A stretch of 64,000 bases of DNA from Lama guanicoe (taxonomy: Eukaryota), in contig MU053810.1 of assembly GCA_013239625.1 (NCBI GenBank), forward strand, positions 1,561,518-1,625,517. Direction: 5' to 3'. Of the stretch, positions 24,263 through 38,800 are shown piece after piece. Positions within the stretch are counted from its first letter, which is position 1. Each line of letters begins with the position of its first letter. The notes beneath the pieces were generated by a model. It worked only from the letters and a program-made list of their open reading frames with translations, did no database searches and was not told the origin of the DNA. Made by a program: the position numbers and the translations under genes.

Positions 24263-26406
24263 ATATTTAATATATGAGATTTGGTGCATTGTATAATGAA
24301 ATCGTTGGAAATTTGACCACTTTTCTGCAATAGTGCACCTTAGAGCAACATTAAATAATTTGCATTTTTTCAAAAACAACAAGCATCACTTGCCTGAGGG
24401 TGCAGTTAAACTAGATGATCCACTGGATTCTATAACTTTCTAGAAATTTCCCTGCCACCCTACATTTAAATGACCTGACTGAGCTGTGATTAGTGCAGCA
24501 AATTTCGAGAGAGGCTATAAGCTCTTTTGAGAAGGAGTGCTACCACAATCATAAAATCTCTCAGATAATTCTGAAAAATTGGTATGGACTATTGACCCAT
24601 TTTTTTTGTAGTTTCATTGAAAATGTAGGTAATAAAGCTATGTCTCTTCTACCAGCAAATCCTTGGCTTGGGTGGAGCCGAGGCAGTGAGGAAGTCTGTG
24701 ATTTCTTGTGCTTGGACTCCACAGAGCCTCAAGAACACAGTTGATTTCTCTGCAAAATGTGTTTTTCTTCTTTTTTGTTATACAATTAAATGACAGCATC
24801 AAAGTGTAGGAACCTCAGATATGGGGATGATTAACTTCAGATTCCTCGGTGTGCCCCAGAACAGCTATTATTAATACTGGGCTTGTGTGCCCCAGTTTTA
24901 GAATGAAGTTCCTATTTAATTATATCCCAGTAGTCCTCAAATGGATTTGCAATGCCCTTCTTACTAATAAGATCCCATTCTCAATTCTAGAAGATGCTTC
25001 TTTTAGATCTCAGTTAAATGGGACAGAGAAAACTTCAACACCTTTCCTGAATTACGGAAAACTGGATGTGCTATTATAATCACATTTGTGATCACCGTGA
25101 TTACAAGCCAGAGAAATATATACAAACAGAACTGCAGGTACTAAAAAGCAACACAAGTATTAAACCAGAGCTAGATAACGTAGCTCTCGCTCTGTATATG
25201 TATTGATAGACAGGTCTACGGAGATAGATGATATTGACATTGAAATAGATAATATGGTAATTCACATTACATTTTTAAATGGTGCCCCTATAAATCTGGA
25301 AGTGATATGTCAGTAATTATTCAGGGTGCACATTTTTATCTTTTTGGGTAGAGGGACAGAAGTAAATCTCAGACTTGGTCTGTCTGATGTTTCTGCTGTT
25401 ACATTTACACTGAAATAGGAGAAATAGGAGCTTATTTTATTACATTCTCTTGTCTCATGAATATAGCATACAGTTTGGCATTCTGTTAGTAATCACCTGG
25501 CCCTTTCCTCCCCTTCCCTTCCCTTTGTCTTTTTTAATGTGACTGAACAAAAAGCAAGACCTCAGCACTCAAGTCCAGCCGCGCTGGTCCTGAGACTTTC
25601 TCAACGGTGCCGAGTCCCATAATTACTGAGGTCTCCCAGGGAAGTGAACAATCAGTATTAAATATTTTTTCCAGCATAGGCTGGCCTGGAATGTGGAGGC
25701 AGGGTAAATATTAGGGGGAAATGGCTCTGATGACCTAGCAATGCAACTGTGGCAGCTGGTGCTTGGGTGGTGGCTGTATCCAAATGGTTCATCCGGACGT
25801 AAATCCAGCTCGTCTTCCTCAGCGCTAACAGATGGCAACCTCATGGCAGGACCCGTTTTAGGGCACAAGTTTTATACGCGCTTGGAACATCCAACTTTGC
25901 ATAAAATGTGAGCATCACGACACCGTCACATTTCTTACCTCTAAACAGCAAAACCTTTCTTTACATAGATGTTTTAGTACAGTGTATAGAACATCACCTT
26001 CTTCTGTTAACTGCTTCCTTCTGAGTTTTGAGGTAACAAAATTGCAGATGGGCTTAAGCAAAAAAGAGTCAATAGCAGAGGGGATCGATGTGGTGAGTTC
26101 GTTGAGACTTCCATATTGGGCTAGACTTTCAAAAGATATGTCCCAGAAGATGGAAAGATGGCAGTGGTATCAAAGACACGAGAAAAGAGAGGATTCTAAC
26201 TATGTCTGGATGAGCTCAGAAAAATATGGGAGTTTGAAAAGGCAAAAAAATAAGTAAATGAACAAAATGGGCTCGAAACACTGTATTATTTCATTATTTG
26301 GGCTTAGATCTAGGAAAACCACTAATTTCCTGCCTTATTCCTTTAAGAAATACAATACTCAAACTAGAAAAGGTAGAATAAGCATATTAAGATGAAACAA
26401 CTATAA

Positions 26407-26433
26407 TAAATAATAATAATAATAATAATAATA
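26407..26433. repeat. (AAT)n microsatellite
   Basis: Direct reading. Confidence 0.9.
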
Positions 26434-28393
26434 AAAACATTCAGAAGGAATAAAGTATATGAAAATCATATCTAACTGCTTAAAGTTAGTTCAAGATTCC
26501 AGGCACAAATGAGTGACATTTTAGTGCACTGAAAATAATTGCAGATAACACCTCATTCATTTGTGCATAGAATCTTGAACTGATTTTGAGTGGTTAGGTG
26601 GTACAACTTAAAGGGAAGGAAGACCTTGCTTGCTGTTTTAAAGGGGAGAAAACCCCAACAAAATGGTCAGAAATGTAGTCTGCTCCATCAAAAGTGAACG
26701 TACCAGTAGGCTATATTGACAGGTTAGTTTCCAGAAAACTCAAACTCTGCATCCCAGTTAAGACTACTTGGTATTGTGTGTATTTTCAGAGAAAGATTTT
26801 CCAGGGGTGTTGATGGAATGGATTTGATTTATAACAATGAAATTATACAGAAAAGGGCACAAGTATTATGTGAATTAGCTGAAAGAACTTGGAATATTTC
26901 TCCTAGAAAAGACTTGAGGAGGAAGAGCGTTATTTCAAACTTTTGAAGGGCTGTCATATAGATGACCATTCAGGCTTTATTTATGTCACTCTAGTGGGCA
27001 AACGAATTATCAGCAAGTTGAAGTTACAACAGGTCTCCACTCAACGTAAGGAAGAGTTTTGTAAGATTGCCACCTCTTTAAAGTAGAAATGGACTGCTTC
27101 GTGAGATAGTAAGCATGTTCAAATGGGAGGTGAAGTCACTCTTTCAGGTTTATGGCGCAAGGAATTCCTGCATTACTTAAGAGATTAAGACCTCACATCT
27201 CCTTTCCTTTTAAAATACTATGTTCCGTTGGGGAGGGAATGCCACTTAAGATTTGTTCAACAACTATGTCAGGTTGTAACATTTGAACAAAGCAGTTCAT
27301 TTGGGGCATTTTATTTTCATATATTATCAACAGTGGCAGAATATGGGGGGGGGAACTAAAATGAAATATCCTTCTGTAATATAGATGGGATCCTGCAAAA
27401 ACTTTTGATTAACTGTCACCATCATTGCAACAATCCAATGTTAGACCAGTAAGGTTTATCAAGGCGAGGCTGCCAATCCAAAAATTGAAAACAGGTGGCA
27501 AAAGTTCCCTGGGGCACTTGGCATCTGTAAGTAATCAGTTACTGTAAAAGCCCTGGTCAGACACAAATTAGCTTAATTGCTGATGACATTTTTAATAGCT
27601 GAAGGACCTCACGGCTTTATTTAATTAGAATTGTAATATACTGTATACGTGTGGCTGATCACCTTTGACAACTGTTTGGTTCTCCTCTACTTCCCAAAGT
27701 TGCAATATACCAGACATTTTCCTTCAGTAATGCAAAAGGATCGTAAACACATGATGGGAGGCAAGAAACACTTATCTGTCTACTCTGCTCCAGTGTTTCT
27801 CTGTTGCGTTTTCTCTGGTTCTTCCATTCATCCATAACCAGCCCTTAAGGAGAAATCAGATACATCTGTACTTGGTTTTTGTTCAGTGGAAATTAAATCC
27901 CACAAAAACCAAACCGAGGTTTGAACTGAAAATGCTCATTTAAAAAGTATGTCGCTAGCCTTTCTGCCATTATATCCCACAGCCCTCTTCCCCCTCCCCA
28001 GTGGCTATAGCAGTGAATTAAAAGTTTTCTCACAGGGGAATTGGTAGATAAGGGACAGATAAAGACTTAAATTGCTAACATGGTTCAAAATTGGTACTTT
28101 CCAAGCCCCGGGTCTTGTACTTCAAAACTTCTTTCGAAGATGTGGTGGAGAATGAGAATTTAATGGAGAGGCCAGGCTATTCAGTTTAGAAAAAAATGAA
28201 TAGCTTGCAGTCCTGGAAGCATGTCATGGGAACATGTCTGTAGATTCCTTTATGCCATTGGCCAATATTTCAGTTAATGTGGTAAGATAAATTTTCTTCC
28301 AAACTTACTCGGGATAATATGTCAGAAAAACATTTGGTTTGTTGAAATGGTAAGATACTTGTAACACTTGAGACTGGTCATAAAACAAGATAC

Positions 28394-28485
28394 AGATATA
28401 GATATATATATATCTATATCTGTGTGTGTGTGTGTATATATATATGTGTATATATATATATGTGTGTGTATATATATATATATAT
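28394..28485. repeat. Compound (TA)/(TG) microsatellite
   Basis: Direct reading. Confidence 0.9.
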
Positions 28486-30354
28486 GGAAAAACAGCATAA
28501 TGATTTCAAATACCATTAAAAAAAAATTCCAAGTGAAGTCAAAAGGTAACAGACTGCATATGACCCAGACAGAAGTCTGTTTGTCTACACATTTTCTGTT
28601 GTCTCCATGATACTGTGGAGAACTGTAAGGTGAAGTCTCCTTCTCAAAGGGATTAAATCTGTGGTCCATGAGAAGAAGTAGTAGATGGAGCTGACAGAGT
28701 GTAAGTCATATTCCCACAGCTGTGCACTGGCTTGCCCCTGGCTGCCAGCCTCTCTTCTGTCCCAGGAGAAGTTTCATCTTCACAGGTTGCCTTGTTTCTT
28801 ACTAGGCATTGATCTATTACCTGAAATGAAGGAAGCATTTTGCATCATTGGCTTTTGCCAAGCCCTTGTTTTGTATTTTATTAGTTTATTCAGGTAATGA
28901 ATGGCTGATTTATTGCTTGGGAACCACTTTCTGCTCATGACAATCCTTACATCTTTTATGTGTCAACTAACTAATCAGAAGGCTGGTTCCTGTTAAAATT
29001 TAGGAACAATAAGCCACTTGGCAGACTACAGTGACATTTCCAAGACAGTTCATATGAGGAAAATAGAATCAAGCAATAGACAGAGCATGCCTTTGTGTTG
29101 TGTGTAACTGTGATGTGAACTTAAGCCTTCTGTTTACAATGAAAGCTCTGTTGGATTATCTCACATAATCCTTCAGATTTCATAGCAGTTGCTGTCTGGG
29201 AAGCACATGTACTAACCTCCTCTACATCCTGTGAAGACATTGGCTTATTCCCTTTATTTGGAAGACAGTTACTGCATTTTTCCATTGGTTACCTTGGGCG
29301 AACATAAAGACATTTTTTTAGATCTTCTTGACTATGAGATTCTCAGATCCTCTGGTGTAGCTCTGTAGCCCCCAGGAATGCCACCGCAGTTCAGGAAGGG
29401 ATTTCTGGGGAGTGAGATGTAACATGTGGGCACCTCCAAGAACTAGGGCAGTGGAAAAGTGGTAGAGGACACTGGTGGCCCTGAGTCGTCCTGAAAACGT
29501 CCCAAGGAGTCTAGACTAAACATATTCTACCACGGGAGTCTCGCCCTGAGCTTTATTCCAACATCGCAGAAGACTTTGTCAGAAGTTGGCTTGGACCTAA
29601 AAAGCGTGAAGTCCCTTGGATGTGCTAGGATTAAATTATGCAGCTGTTCCCAGTGCCTTCAAATTCTGCACTGCTCCTTTCTTTCTGCCTTAGCAAGATT
29701 TTTGTGTTTACCTATGGTTAAATGTGTGTGTGTGTGTGTATGGATAATCTATCGTGTGGCCAATTTGTGATTACTTTGTAGATTTTAAGGTTGCTAAATT
29801 ATGCAGATTTATTGTTTCTTTTTGCATTCTGCTGATTACCTTTTAATTATTTCTATTTTTCAAGAAGCTATTAGAGAGCGAGAGAAGTGAATACACCAGT
29901 ATTTTAATATGCTAATCATTACGTGATGAATGGATTGTTTTAAGGAGTGAAAATCATTGGCTAAAGCCAAGTTTTATAGTTCCCTGTGTACTGGGGCCCA
30001 TCACACAGTCCCAGTTCCCTATTGTCACAATGATGTGGGAAAGTACATAGGATAGTTACGGTAGTTAATGTTTCACCTTTGACAATCAAGGTTGCTATGC
30101 CCTGAATCACAGGTAAGGAGTTAATGAAAGGCCTGAGAAAAGGGGGCTGTAAAGAGAGGCAAGCTGTGTAGCCTAGTGAGCTGGTTGCCTGCAAAAGGGG
30201 CTGAATGTGAGAGTAAAGATTGTTGTGCTCAAAATCCGAGGACGAAGGAAAATGAACAGCGCCTGGGCAGAAGGAATAGAGTTGGACTTTCTTGCCGTTA
30301 ATGGATTATTAGGAGGTAACTGTGCGTTGTCCTAGATGTCTGCTTGGCGTGTGT

Positions 30355-30950
30355 TTTTCTCATTCATTCATCTCTCGGCATGCATTTATTAAATCCTTTT
30401 CAAGCAGTAGTGTCTGATGCTGGGATCACAGAGATTAAAGGCGGGAATACCTGTGCTGTAAGTCAGCATTTGTTAACTGCCATGACAAGGTGGAGAAAGG
30501 TCTTGTGAATGTGAAAGCAAGCAGAGTGCCATGAACTGGGGCTTAAAGAACCGTGCAGATAGAGGGAGACGTTCTAAGGACAGGGAGTGGCATGAGCCAG
30601 GTGTGGAGGTAGGAATGTCCAAGGATTACTTGGGAGCAAGGGAGCAGTTGATTTTGGCTATAAGGTTTGAAGAGTGGGTTGGGACATCATTTGGAATAGC
30701 TTTGAGTATCAGATTAATAGGTCCAGCCTTTATCCTGTGGACAATTAAGAACCAGTAGAAGTTTTTGAACAGGTCTGCTGAGTCTGTCAAGACGTATCTG
30801 GCAATAATGATCCAGGGAGACTGGGATGAGGAGAGAACGGATACAGGAGCACGGTAATGCTACTGGGATACAGGAGGAATAAAACCAAAGCCTGAACTAT
30901 TGCATTAAAGTTGAACTGAAAAGTACACAGCATTTAATTGATAAGTTGGA
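30355..30950 (-). mobile_element. L2 fragment
   Basis: cattcattca..catttattaaatcc..gctgggatcacagag is a reverse L2 3' end, followed by L2 body sequence. Confidence 0.55.
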
Positions 30951-33900
30951 GGAATCTGAGTTAATTAACGTCCTCTTGGTACTTTTTCTGTGCTGGTGAA
31001 ACAAATACATTTAAAACATCCCTATTCCCTATCTAGCTGGAATGGAGAGTCAGAATTAAGAAAAAAAGGAAAATGTTAGAGAAATCAGTATTTTTGCTAA
31101 AGGAAAAAGCCCTAAGATTGCATTAACTTTTCTATGATGGGGCAATGTATGGACTCTGTCAATTCTTTGGGGAAAATTTAGATCAAACTTAGAGCCCTTA
31201 ATTTTGAATTTTACCTATTTAATTCTTAATAAGTTATGCCTTCAGTTAATTTCTACATTTTTGTGAAAATTGAGATGTTTCAATTGTCTAACATCCTCCA
31301 GGATTTCAGAATATGCATGACCCTTTGTAGCGGGAACTCAGGCCATTACTAGTGTACAGCCAATGCAGTAATTACCTTAATGTCCTCATTACTGTAAAGG
31401 GATTCAAGAGCAAAAAAGAATAGTGCTTAAGGATATTTTGGCCTCTCAATTTCTAATTTCTACTTAAAGCCTAAAATTAGTAAGTAGAAATATATGACAG
31501 AGTTGCTTCAGTGGCTCCTACGGAGTGAAAAACACAGGTTTCAGGTTTACCTTTAGAGAAACGCCAGTTTTGCTGGTACACAATAAAGTTATAATAATGG
31601 AATTTTCCCTCTGATGGTGAATTACCAGTCTGGGAGGAAGTGGTCAGGGAATGGTGGCCCATCAGCCAGAAAGCCCTGAGAACAACCATTAATAAGCACT
31701 CTTGGGCTGAAAATCTATCATTATGGGGGCTGAGCTCCCTGGGAGAGCGCCTCTCTGCCTCCTTCCGACATGCAGAATAGTTGGTAAGAGAATGAGTGAA
31801 AGAGTATAAAAAACTGCCAAAGCGGACTGAAGAAGTCTTCATTTCAGATAAAGAATAAGTAACTAAAATTAGAACATTTCATTTTTTTTCAAGGGAGTTT
31901 TATAAGTGACACTAAAGAATCATTATAGTTACTCTGATTATCTTGTAGAAAGTAAGATGCACAGCTTTTATATATATTTTAAATGGTAAAATAGTCAATA
32001 TTTTTTAAAACATTTTCATTTTTGAGAGCCTAAAGAGGAGGAAAGCATGAGTGATCGAGAACAGTTTGCCTTTGGAGTTATTTTTGAAAAGTCGGAGAAC
32101 GGGTCAATTGTCTAGATTACGGGACTGTTTCTTTGAGTAGAATTTCTTACGTCACATCTCCATCAGGAAGTAGGTTAGTGGCCAATTTCTCATGTAATTC
32201 CACAATCCTCAACAAAATCTACTTATTACTGAATCTTCATTGCACCATGAGATGTAAATTGTTAGTTCCCCAACCAGCCGGTGGTTTCTGTGGCTCTGGG
32301 AGGGCTGTCAGCCAGTCTGTGGGCTGAAATGCTGGCAATGAAGCAACATTTACATGGAAACATGAAGTCACTTAAAGGCCATTCTTCACAGGCTGAAGGC
32401 GGCTGGATCCTTCTTGGCGCTGAGAAAGAGAGGAAAAATACATTTCTTAGGGCTTACTGTATCAGTAAATGAAGTCGAGTTAGGCTGTATGTGGGCAGAA
32501 AAACTTTCACAAAGAATGCAGGGAAAAAACAGATGAGTATACAATTAGGAGGCAATTTCCAAATCTTTGGTCTTTCTAGTTAGAAGTAAACGCCATATAA
32601 ATGTCTCCTAGCAACTTGTAAACTGCACGGGGACAGGAAGTGGGACTAGTTTTGCTCTATTATGCTCCGGAGAACTAGTTGGCTCTCAGTAGATTTCTGT
32701 GAAATGAATGAACAAACAATTATCTAAACTTGTAAGACTGTGATTATGTTTAATAACATAATTATGCCAGTTTAAGTAATGAAACAATGAAATGCTCTGG
32801 TCTCAATTCTTAAAGGCAATTTACTGAGGGGGCTCAGAAAAAGGCCACAATTCTGAGCCTCTCAGTTTCTTCATGATTCAAATGGATGTGTTAGACCAAA
32901 TCCATTGTTATTCTTTCCATTTGCATAAAAAGTAGTGTGGACACAGTTTAAAGAGTTGAAAAACCAACATCAGCCCACATCCACAGCCCTGTCATGCCCC
33001 ACTTTACAGAGGCAACTGTTTTCACTTCTTCTTTTAAACTTTTAATATTTATTGACACATATCTAAATAATATGCTTATAACACTAGCTTTGATTTTTCA
33101 GTTTTCATAATTATCTCATAAAACACAAGGGAAGATGAGCTCTTAGCCCTTTTTTTTAACCCCAGCCCCTATCCCACACCATCCTTCCAACTTCGCAATG
33201 TTAACGTTATTAGGACTATGAAAGCACTTTTGGGAGCTGAGATATGTCATATATTAGGATCCCCTTCATCTGTCCTTTGAGTTGGATCTCTAATTTCATA
33301 AGTTCTTTGTCTTATTTTCCCTGGATTTAATGTCTGATTTTGGTACAGTATACCTTCCAGTAGTTTCCTGAAAATGAATGCTGGAGAGAGAGATTTTTTG
33401 AGACTTTGCATATCTTAAGTGTTCTACTTTCACATGAAATTGGCTGCATATGGAATTTTTAAGTTGAAATTCATCTTCCTTCACAGTTTTGATGGTATTG
33501 TTTTTGTCTTCTAGTTTCTTGTGACTTACTAAGAAGTCTTAAGTCATTTTCACCTTTTGTCTGTGATCTATTTTCTCTGTCTCAGAACACTTTAACATAG
33601 TAATGAATATGTGTGGTCCTTCAGCCTTAAAATACATGGAACCTGGTTTAAGCAAACCTTCCTGAACTTTATTTGCTACAGACTTTTTTTTTTTTTTTGC
33701 ATGACACTTGAAGAAATGCTCCCATTGAGACAGGAAGGTGGGTGGTAAAACCAATTTTGTGATACCTCTACACAAGCCAATTTTGTGTTTCCTGAGCCTT
33801 GTTCAGTATTTGGCACATCCTCAATAAATAGTTTCAAAATAATCTGAGCCAACTTGGATAAACTGTATTTCTTATTTTATCAATACTTTTTAAGCAAGTT

Positions 33901-34601
33901 CTTCAATTATCACCTGAGTTGCTGTGAGGTTTTATTTTCCCTGCTACTTTAGATTCTCTAAAGTTACCGCTGATTCAGTTGGCCTTACCACCAGGGGCTG
34001 ATGAAGTTCCTACACGTGTGACAATGAGAGATACCTCTAAATTGCCTCCTAAAAGAAACTTGCCTTGACATATTCGCAGCAGAGAAATGGCTAAGCCTAG
34101 ACAGCCCACATTGATCTGAGAGCTTGGTAGTTGCTTCAGTTTCCAATTGAATCTTTATCATTGAAAATATCTTTAAAAAAATGGTTCCTTTTGTTAGTGA
34201 ATGTCATATATGCTGGGTGTATTTGAAGTAATATCAAAGTATCTTAAGTGTTATTAAAATTCCCTTTGATGATTTTTTATAGTGCCTCAGGCTTCTTATT
34301 TCAATTATATTTTGCTAAACTGTGAACATACAAGATGCAGAAGAGATGAGAATGAATGTCAATTGGATGGGATGTCTTTGCATTTTTTAATAATAAAGTG
34401 ATTGTGTTTTCTTTTATATCTATTCTGTGCTTATATGAATGGATTTTTGCAGTGGATATATCTGGTTGAAGTTTATAGTGTATCAACATATTTTGTCAAG
34501 TTGTATTTGGGAAAGAGCCATATACTCTTGTGTGTCCCTCATAAAACTATTTAAATAGCAAATATACAGTAAATGATCAGTTCCATTTGGCAATAAGTCT
34601 A

Positions 34602-34962
34602 GTGTCTTACTCTGCTCAGGGTGCCATAACAAAATACTACTTTAGATTCTTTAAAGACCAAGAGGCTTACACAACAGAATTCTTTCTCTTTTTTCCCCTC
34701 GCAGTTCTTAAGGCTAGAAATCCAAGTGGCTGGCAAATTGAGTTTCTGGTGAGATCTCTCTTCTTGGCTTGTAAATAGCTACCTTCTCACACCTCTGGTG
34801 TCTCTTCTTACAATGACACTAATCCTATCAGATCAGGGCTCGTTCTTATTTTCTCATTTAACCTTAATTACTTCCTCAAAGGCCCAACCTGCAAATGCAG
34901 CCACATTGGGGGTTAGGGCTTCAACATTTGAATTTTAGAGGCACAAGCATTCAGTCCCCAAC
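34602..34962 (-). mobile_element. MaLR solo LTR (MLT1A/B-like)
   Basis: tgtcttactctgctcagggtgccataacaaaatac ... ctcatttaaccttaattacttc ... attcagtcccaaca. Confidence 0.8.
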
Positions 34963-35077
34963 ATCTGGTTTTATAAAATGCATTGTGACTATCATTTTGA
35001 ATTGGTCTTGATTAATTTATTAAGGCTGACTTTCTAAAGTTTTCAAAGAAAAAACTAACTCAATTTTATTGTCTTGA

Positions 35078-35236
35078 TTTTTTTAATAGAAGTAACATTG
35101 GCTTACACCATCATGTAAGTTTCATGTGTGTAACATATTTCTACTTCTGGATACACTAGTGTGCTCACCACCAAACATTTAGTTTCCATCCATCACCATA
35201 CAGTTGACCTCCTTTACCCATTTCACCTTCCCCCTT
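35078..35236 (-). mobile_element. L1 3' end of a laurasiatherian-type subfamily
   Basis: aagtaacattggcttacaccatcatgtaagtttcatgtgt..gtgctcaccaccaaacatttagtttccatccatcaccatacagttgacc. Confidence 0.65.
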
Positions 35237-35771
35237 ATTTTCTTGGTTTTAATACAGAGGATGGGCACCAAACGATTTGGGTGGCAATGAACATTATATG
35301 TAGCATAAGAAAGGAAACTGCGCTGTCGTTGGTTCTCAGCTGTGTTTGACTCAGTTATTGAGATATATAATTGACCTTTAGTCAGCTCAACAGTACTGTA
35401 TGTTTTGGGGTTTTAAATTTAATTTTGAACTTTTTTAGCTTATTTAGGACACAACGCATTTTGAACAATTTAGTGTTCACTTTTTCCAATGCCTTTTCAT
35501 TTCCTTGTAGTGCTGAATAATATTCCATTGACTGGACCATTTATTTATCCATTTACCTACTGAACGACCTCTTGATTTTTTGTTTTTTTGTTTTTTGAGA
35601 TGCCTGTTCAGCATCTAGTTGACAGATTTTGTATTTTAAAAAAAAACCAATAAAAATCAGCTTCTCTGTTAGTGGTGCTGGATGCAAAACAGAGGATTGT
35701 ATGGAAATAAATGATGTAACTTTATTCTATATGAATGTCATTCATACTGCTGAGAGGACTTGGAATCATTA

Positions 35772-35883
35772 TACAATATTATCAATAATAATAACATTAT
35801 CAATAATATACTAATAATAACATTATTGATAATATTATGCTAATAATAATATTATTGATAATATTATGCTAATAATATTATTA
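35772..35883. repeat. AT-rich imperfect minisatellite (~29-bp unit, partly palindromic)
   Basis: Repeated taataacattattgataatattatgc-like units. Confidence 0.8.
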
Positions 35884-38800
35884 AACAAACAACAGCAGAA
35901 ACTCTGCTTGTGACCAATAAACCACCCTAAATTTTACGGGGTTCCTCCACAATTGCCTTTGCTCTTATTTCAAGCCAATATTGCTTTCCTCTCTACCTAC
36001 TGGAATATTAAATGAAGAAAGATAGGGACAGAAAGATCAGGTTCTTTTGCTCCTCTATGCCACACCTTGACACGTGGAATTTAAATGTATATTCTGCTCA
36101 TGTGGAGATTATTGTAGTGGATTATGGTTGCGATTGTTTTTTTTCTATTCTCATTTAGAAACGTTGCTGATGGTGTTACATGTAGAAAATTCACAGTCAA
36201 ATATTTCATGTGTCTTATTAAATACATGAAATGGCAAATTAATGATCCTAGACATTTAAATTGTTAGTCACCTGTCAGCCTAATTACTTCTATGTCTTCT
36301 CACAATCCACTCTATGCTGCCTAACAACTCATGGGAATTGGCCAACCCCTGACTGAGTGAACCTGTTAGTTTTTCTGTGATAGCTACACATCTTCAGAAT
36401 AAAGCATTCTCTTTCTAACTGTTATCAGTTGAGCCTAAAGTGATGAAAACATCTTATACTCCTACAAACCATTCTGAAAAGAGTAGCAGAAGTGATCTTT
36501 TGAAAATGTATCAGATCACGTGCTGTTTCCAGTTAAACCGTGCCACTGGCTTTCCAATTCACTCAGAGTGAAATCCAGACTCCTTGTGCTCCGCAAGGGC
36601 CCTGGGTGATCTGGTTCCTACTCACTTCCCCAGCCTCCTCTTAGGCCACCCTGCCTGGGCTTCTACCCCCGATACACTGGCCCTCCTTCAAGTTGTCCAG
36701 TCGAATGTTCGTTCCCAGCTGTGCCACTGCGCTGGCCGCCTCTTCTGCGTACCCGTGGGAAGCCTTTGGGAAGTTTGAAGCTGGCGAGGAACATGATCTA
36801 ATTTATGAATGAATGAATGAATGAATGGATCTACAGTGAGTTGGGAAGAAGGCATTTCCTTCTTTAAAGAGGAACCAAGATAGGCATTTTGCAGAGTACT
36901 TTCAAATATTTCAGATAGCTGATATTGGTAAATGTATTATGGACTGGTGTGAGGTCTTTCTAATTGTACCCATGGTGAGTTTAAACACGGTAGAATTAGC
37001 ATTAGCATTCTCAGAGCAGACTTGAATCTAAGCTGAGAAACAGAAATTTACATATAAATAGAAAATTAAATCAGTTTTCTAACCAGGTATTTTTGAAAAT
37101 CCAATAACAGGTTAACAAATTCAAGGTTTATACAAACACACAGAATATTTTTGACTTAATTTTAATTAAACTTCATGAAGTACTTGATGGGTAAGTAAGA
37201 AAGGAAGAAAGCATTCTCTTGGCATTCTGAATAGTATTGAAGGATATTGATGGCTTTAAAAAATGATCGCAGACTGCCTGCCTATTATTACCCAGCCAAG
37301 TAATTCATAACATCAGGCAAGTTAAAACACTGCATTCTAGAGCAGTGTGTTGTGAGATGAGACATTACGTAAAGTCCAAGCGAGAGCAAGCTGACGTGTT
37401 TTCTTCTCTTTACTCACATGCCATTCTTTGTAAGCAATACACTTGAAAGTTTGCCTCAGAGCATTTTGCATTTTCCTCTGGGGAAATGTGAAAGAAAATG
37501 ATCTGTGTAGAATAAAAACATGCTAATTTGTGTTAATTTATTCTAGGAGAGATACCGGAGTGTTAACGTTTGAGAGGGGCTGGAGTTCAGTTCGAACCAT
37601 TGACTTTTGTGCAAGAACACTGGAAATGTACGTGGCCAGTTATCACCAATTTTTGAAGTGGGAATTGGTTAAGGCTGAAAAATACATGCACATAATTTAT
37701 TGATATCTGTCTTTCCCAGTGTTCTTTTTTCAAGTCCTGCCATTGTTAAGTTTAATTAATTAAACTATAAATGGAGTAAAAGCATTACCCATGTTTCAAT
37801 ATGGAGCAAAAGGACAACTAAGATTCATTCCATTTGTCTGGAAAGCATAGCAAGATGGACCCAGATCCAGACACAGGGCAAACCACAGCAGGTCACAGTG
37901 TCATTGACCACATGTCAGTCACACCAGCTACTTAACTGCAAAAGGATTCTCTCCACTCTAACCAACAACCAAAATTATTTTTATACATCTTTGCCACCAT
38001 TCTTCTAAGTACCTATAACTAAAACCTCTTTGCTTTCCTTTTCTCTTTTCCTAGTTTGTCAAAAGTCTTGTCTGGCTCTTCAAAGTAATGTGTCTGCCTC
38101 TCCCCCATAACATATTTTTACACCCACCCCTTAGTACCTTAGTTTCTTCCTTTTGGTGTCCAGAGGGTCGCAAAGAGATATTTCGATTTAAATTGATTGA
38201 AATTTAAATATTAGCCTACACTTGACATCCTTATTTACTCTAGATTGACTTTCTGAGTTTTGATGTTGTTTGTTTTTTATTTTTATTTATTTCTTTTTTT
38301 TGTTAACAAAGTAGGGGAAAGAGTTCAGAATTCTAACTTCCATTTTATATCCTATTACTTTCCCTTTACTCTGTCTTGTTTAATATTTAGGCTCTTTTCA
38401 CCAGCTAGTTACAGTTTTTTTCTACTTGTGGCTTTCTTTAAGTGATGAGTAAGTTTAGTTCTTTCGCCCTTGGCTTGGAACCAGATTTACCATTTATACA
38501 CCTGCTTTTGGGGTTATTGTCGTATATGACGACTCTTCATTTGTTGGAATGTTGAAGTCAATATTTTTGAAAGGCTTTGAAAGCCTAACTGATACCTAGG
38601 GAAATACAGAATTGGAAAATACCTGATCTGTATGGCTTCCAAAAGTTTTGGAGCTCTACTAATCTATATGAGGTCGACAGGTTACTTTGGCTTTCCATCC
38701 CCCTTTGGTGACTTAGTCCTTACCTGGTAGTTTGCATATTTCAGGAGTATATCGCAGAAATTGAAATCTAACTTTAGTATAGCTTTTACTGTCTTAATTT

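Noticed and set aside
27400..27700. Repeat-free stretch with TAAT/ATTA clusters as a conserved enhancer
   Set aside because: Cannot be supported without cross-species alignment or chromatin data.
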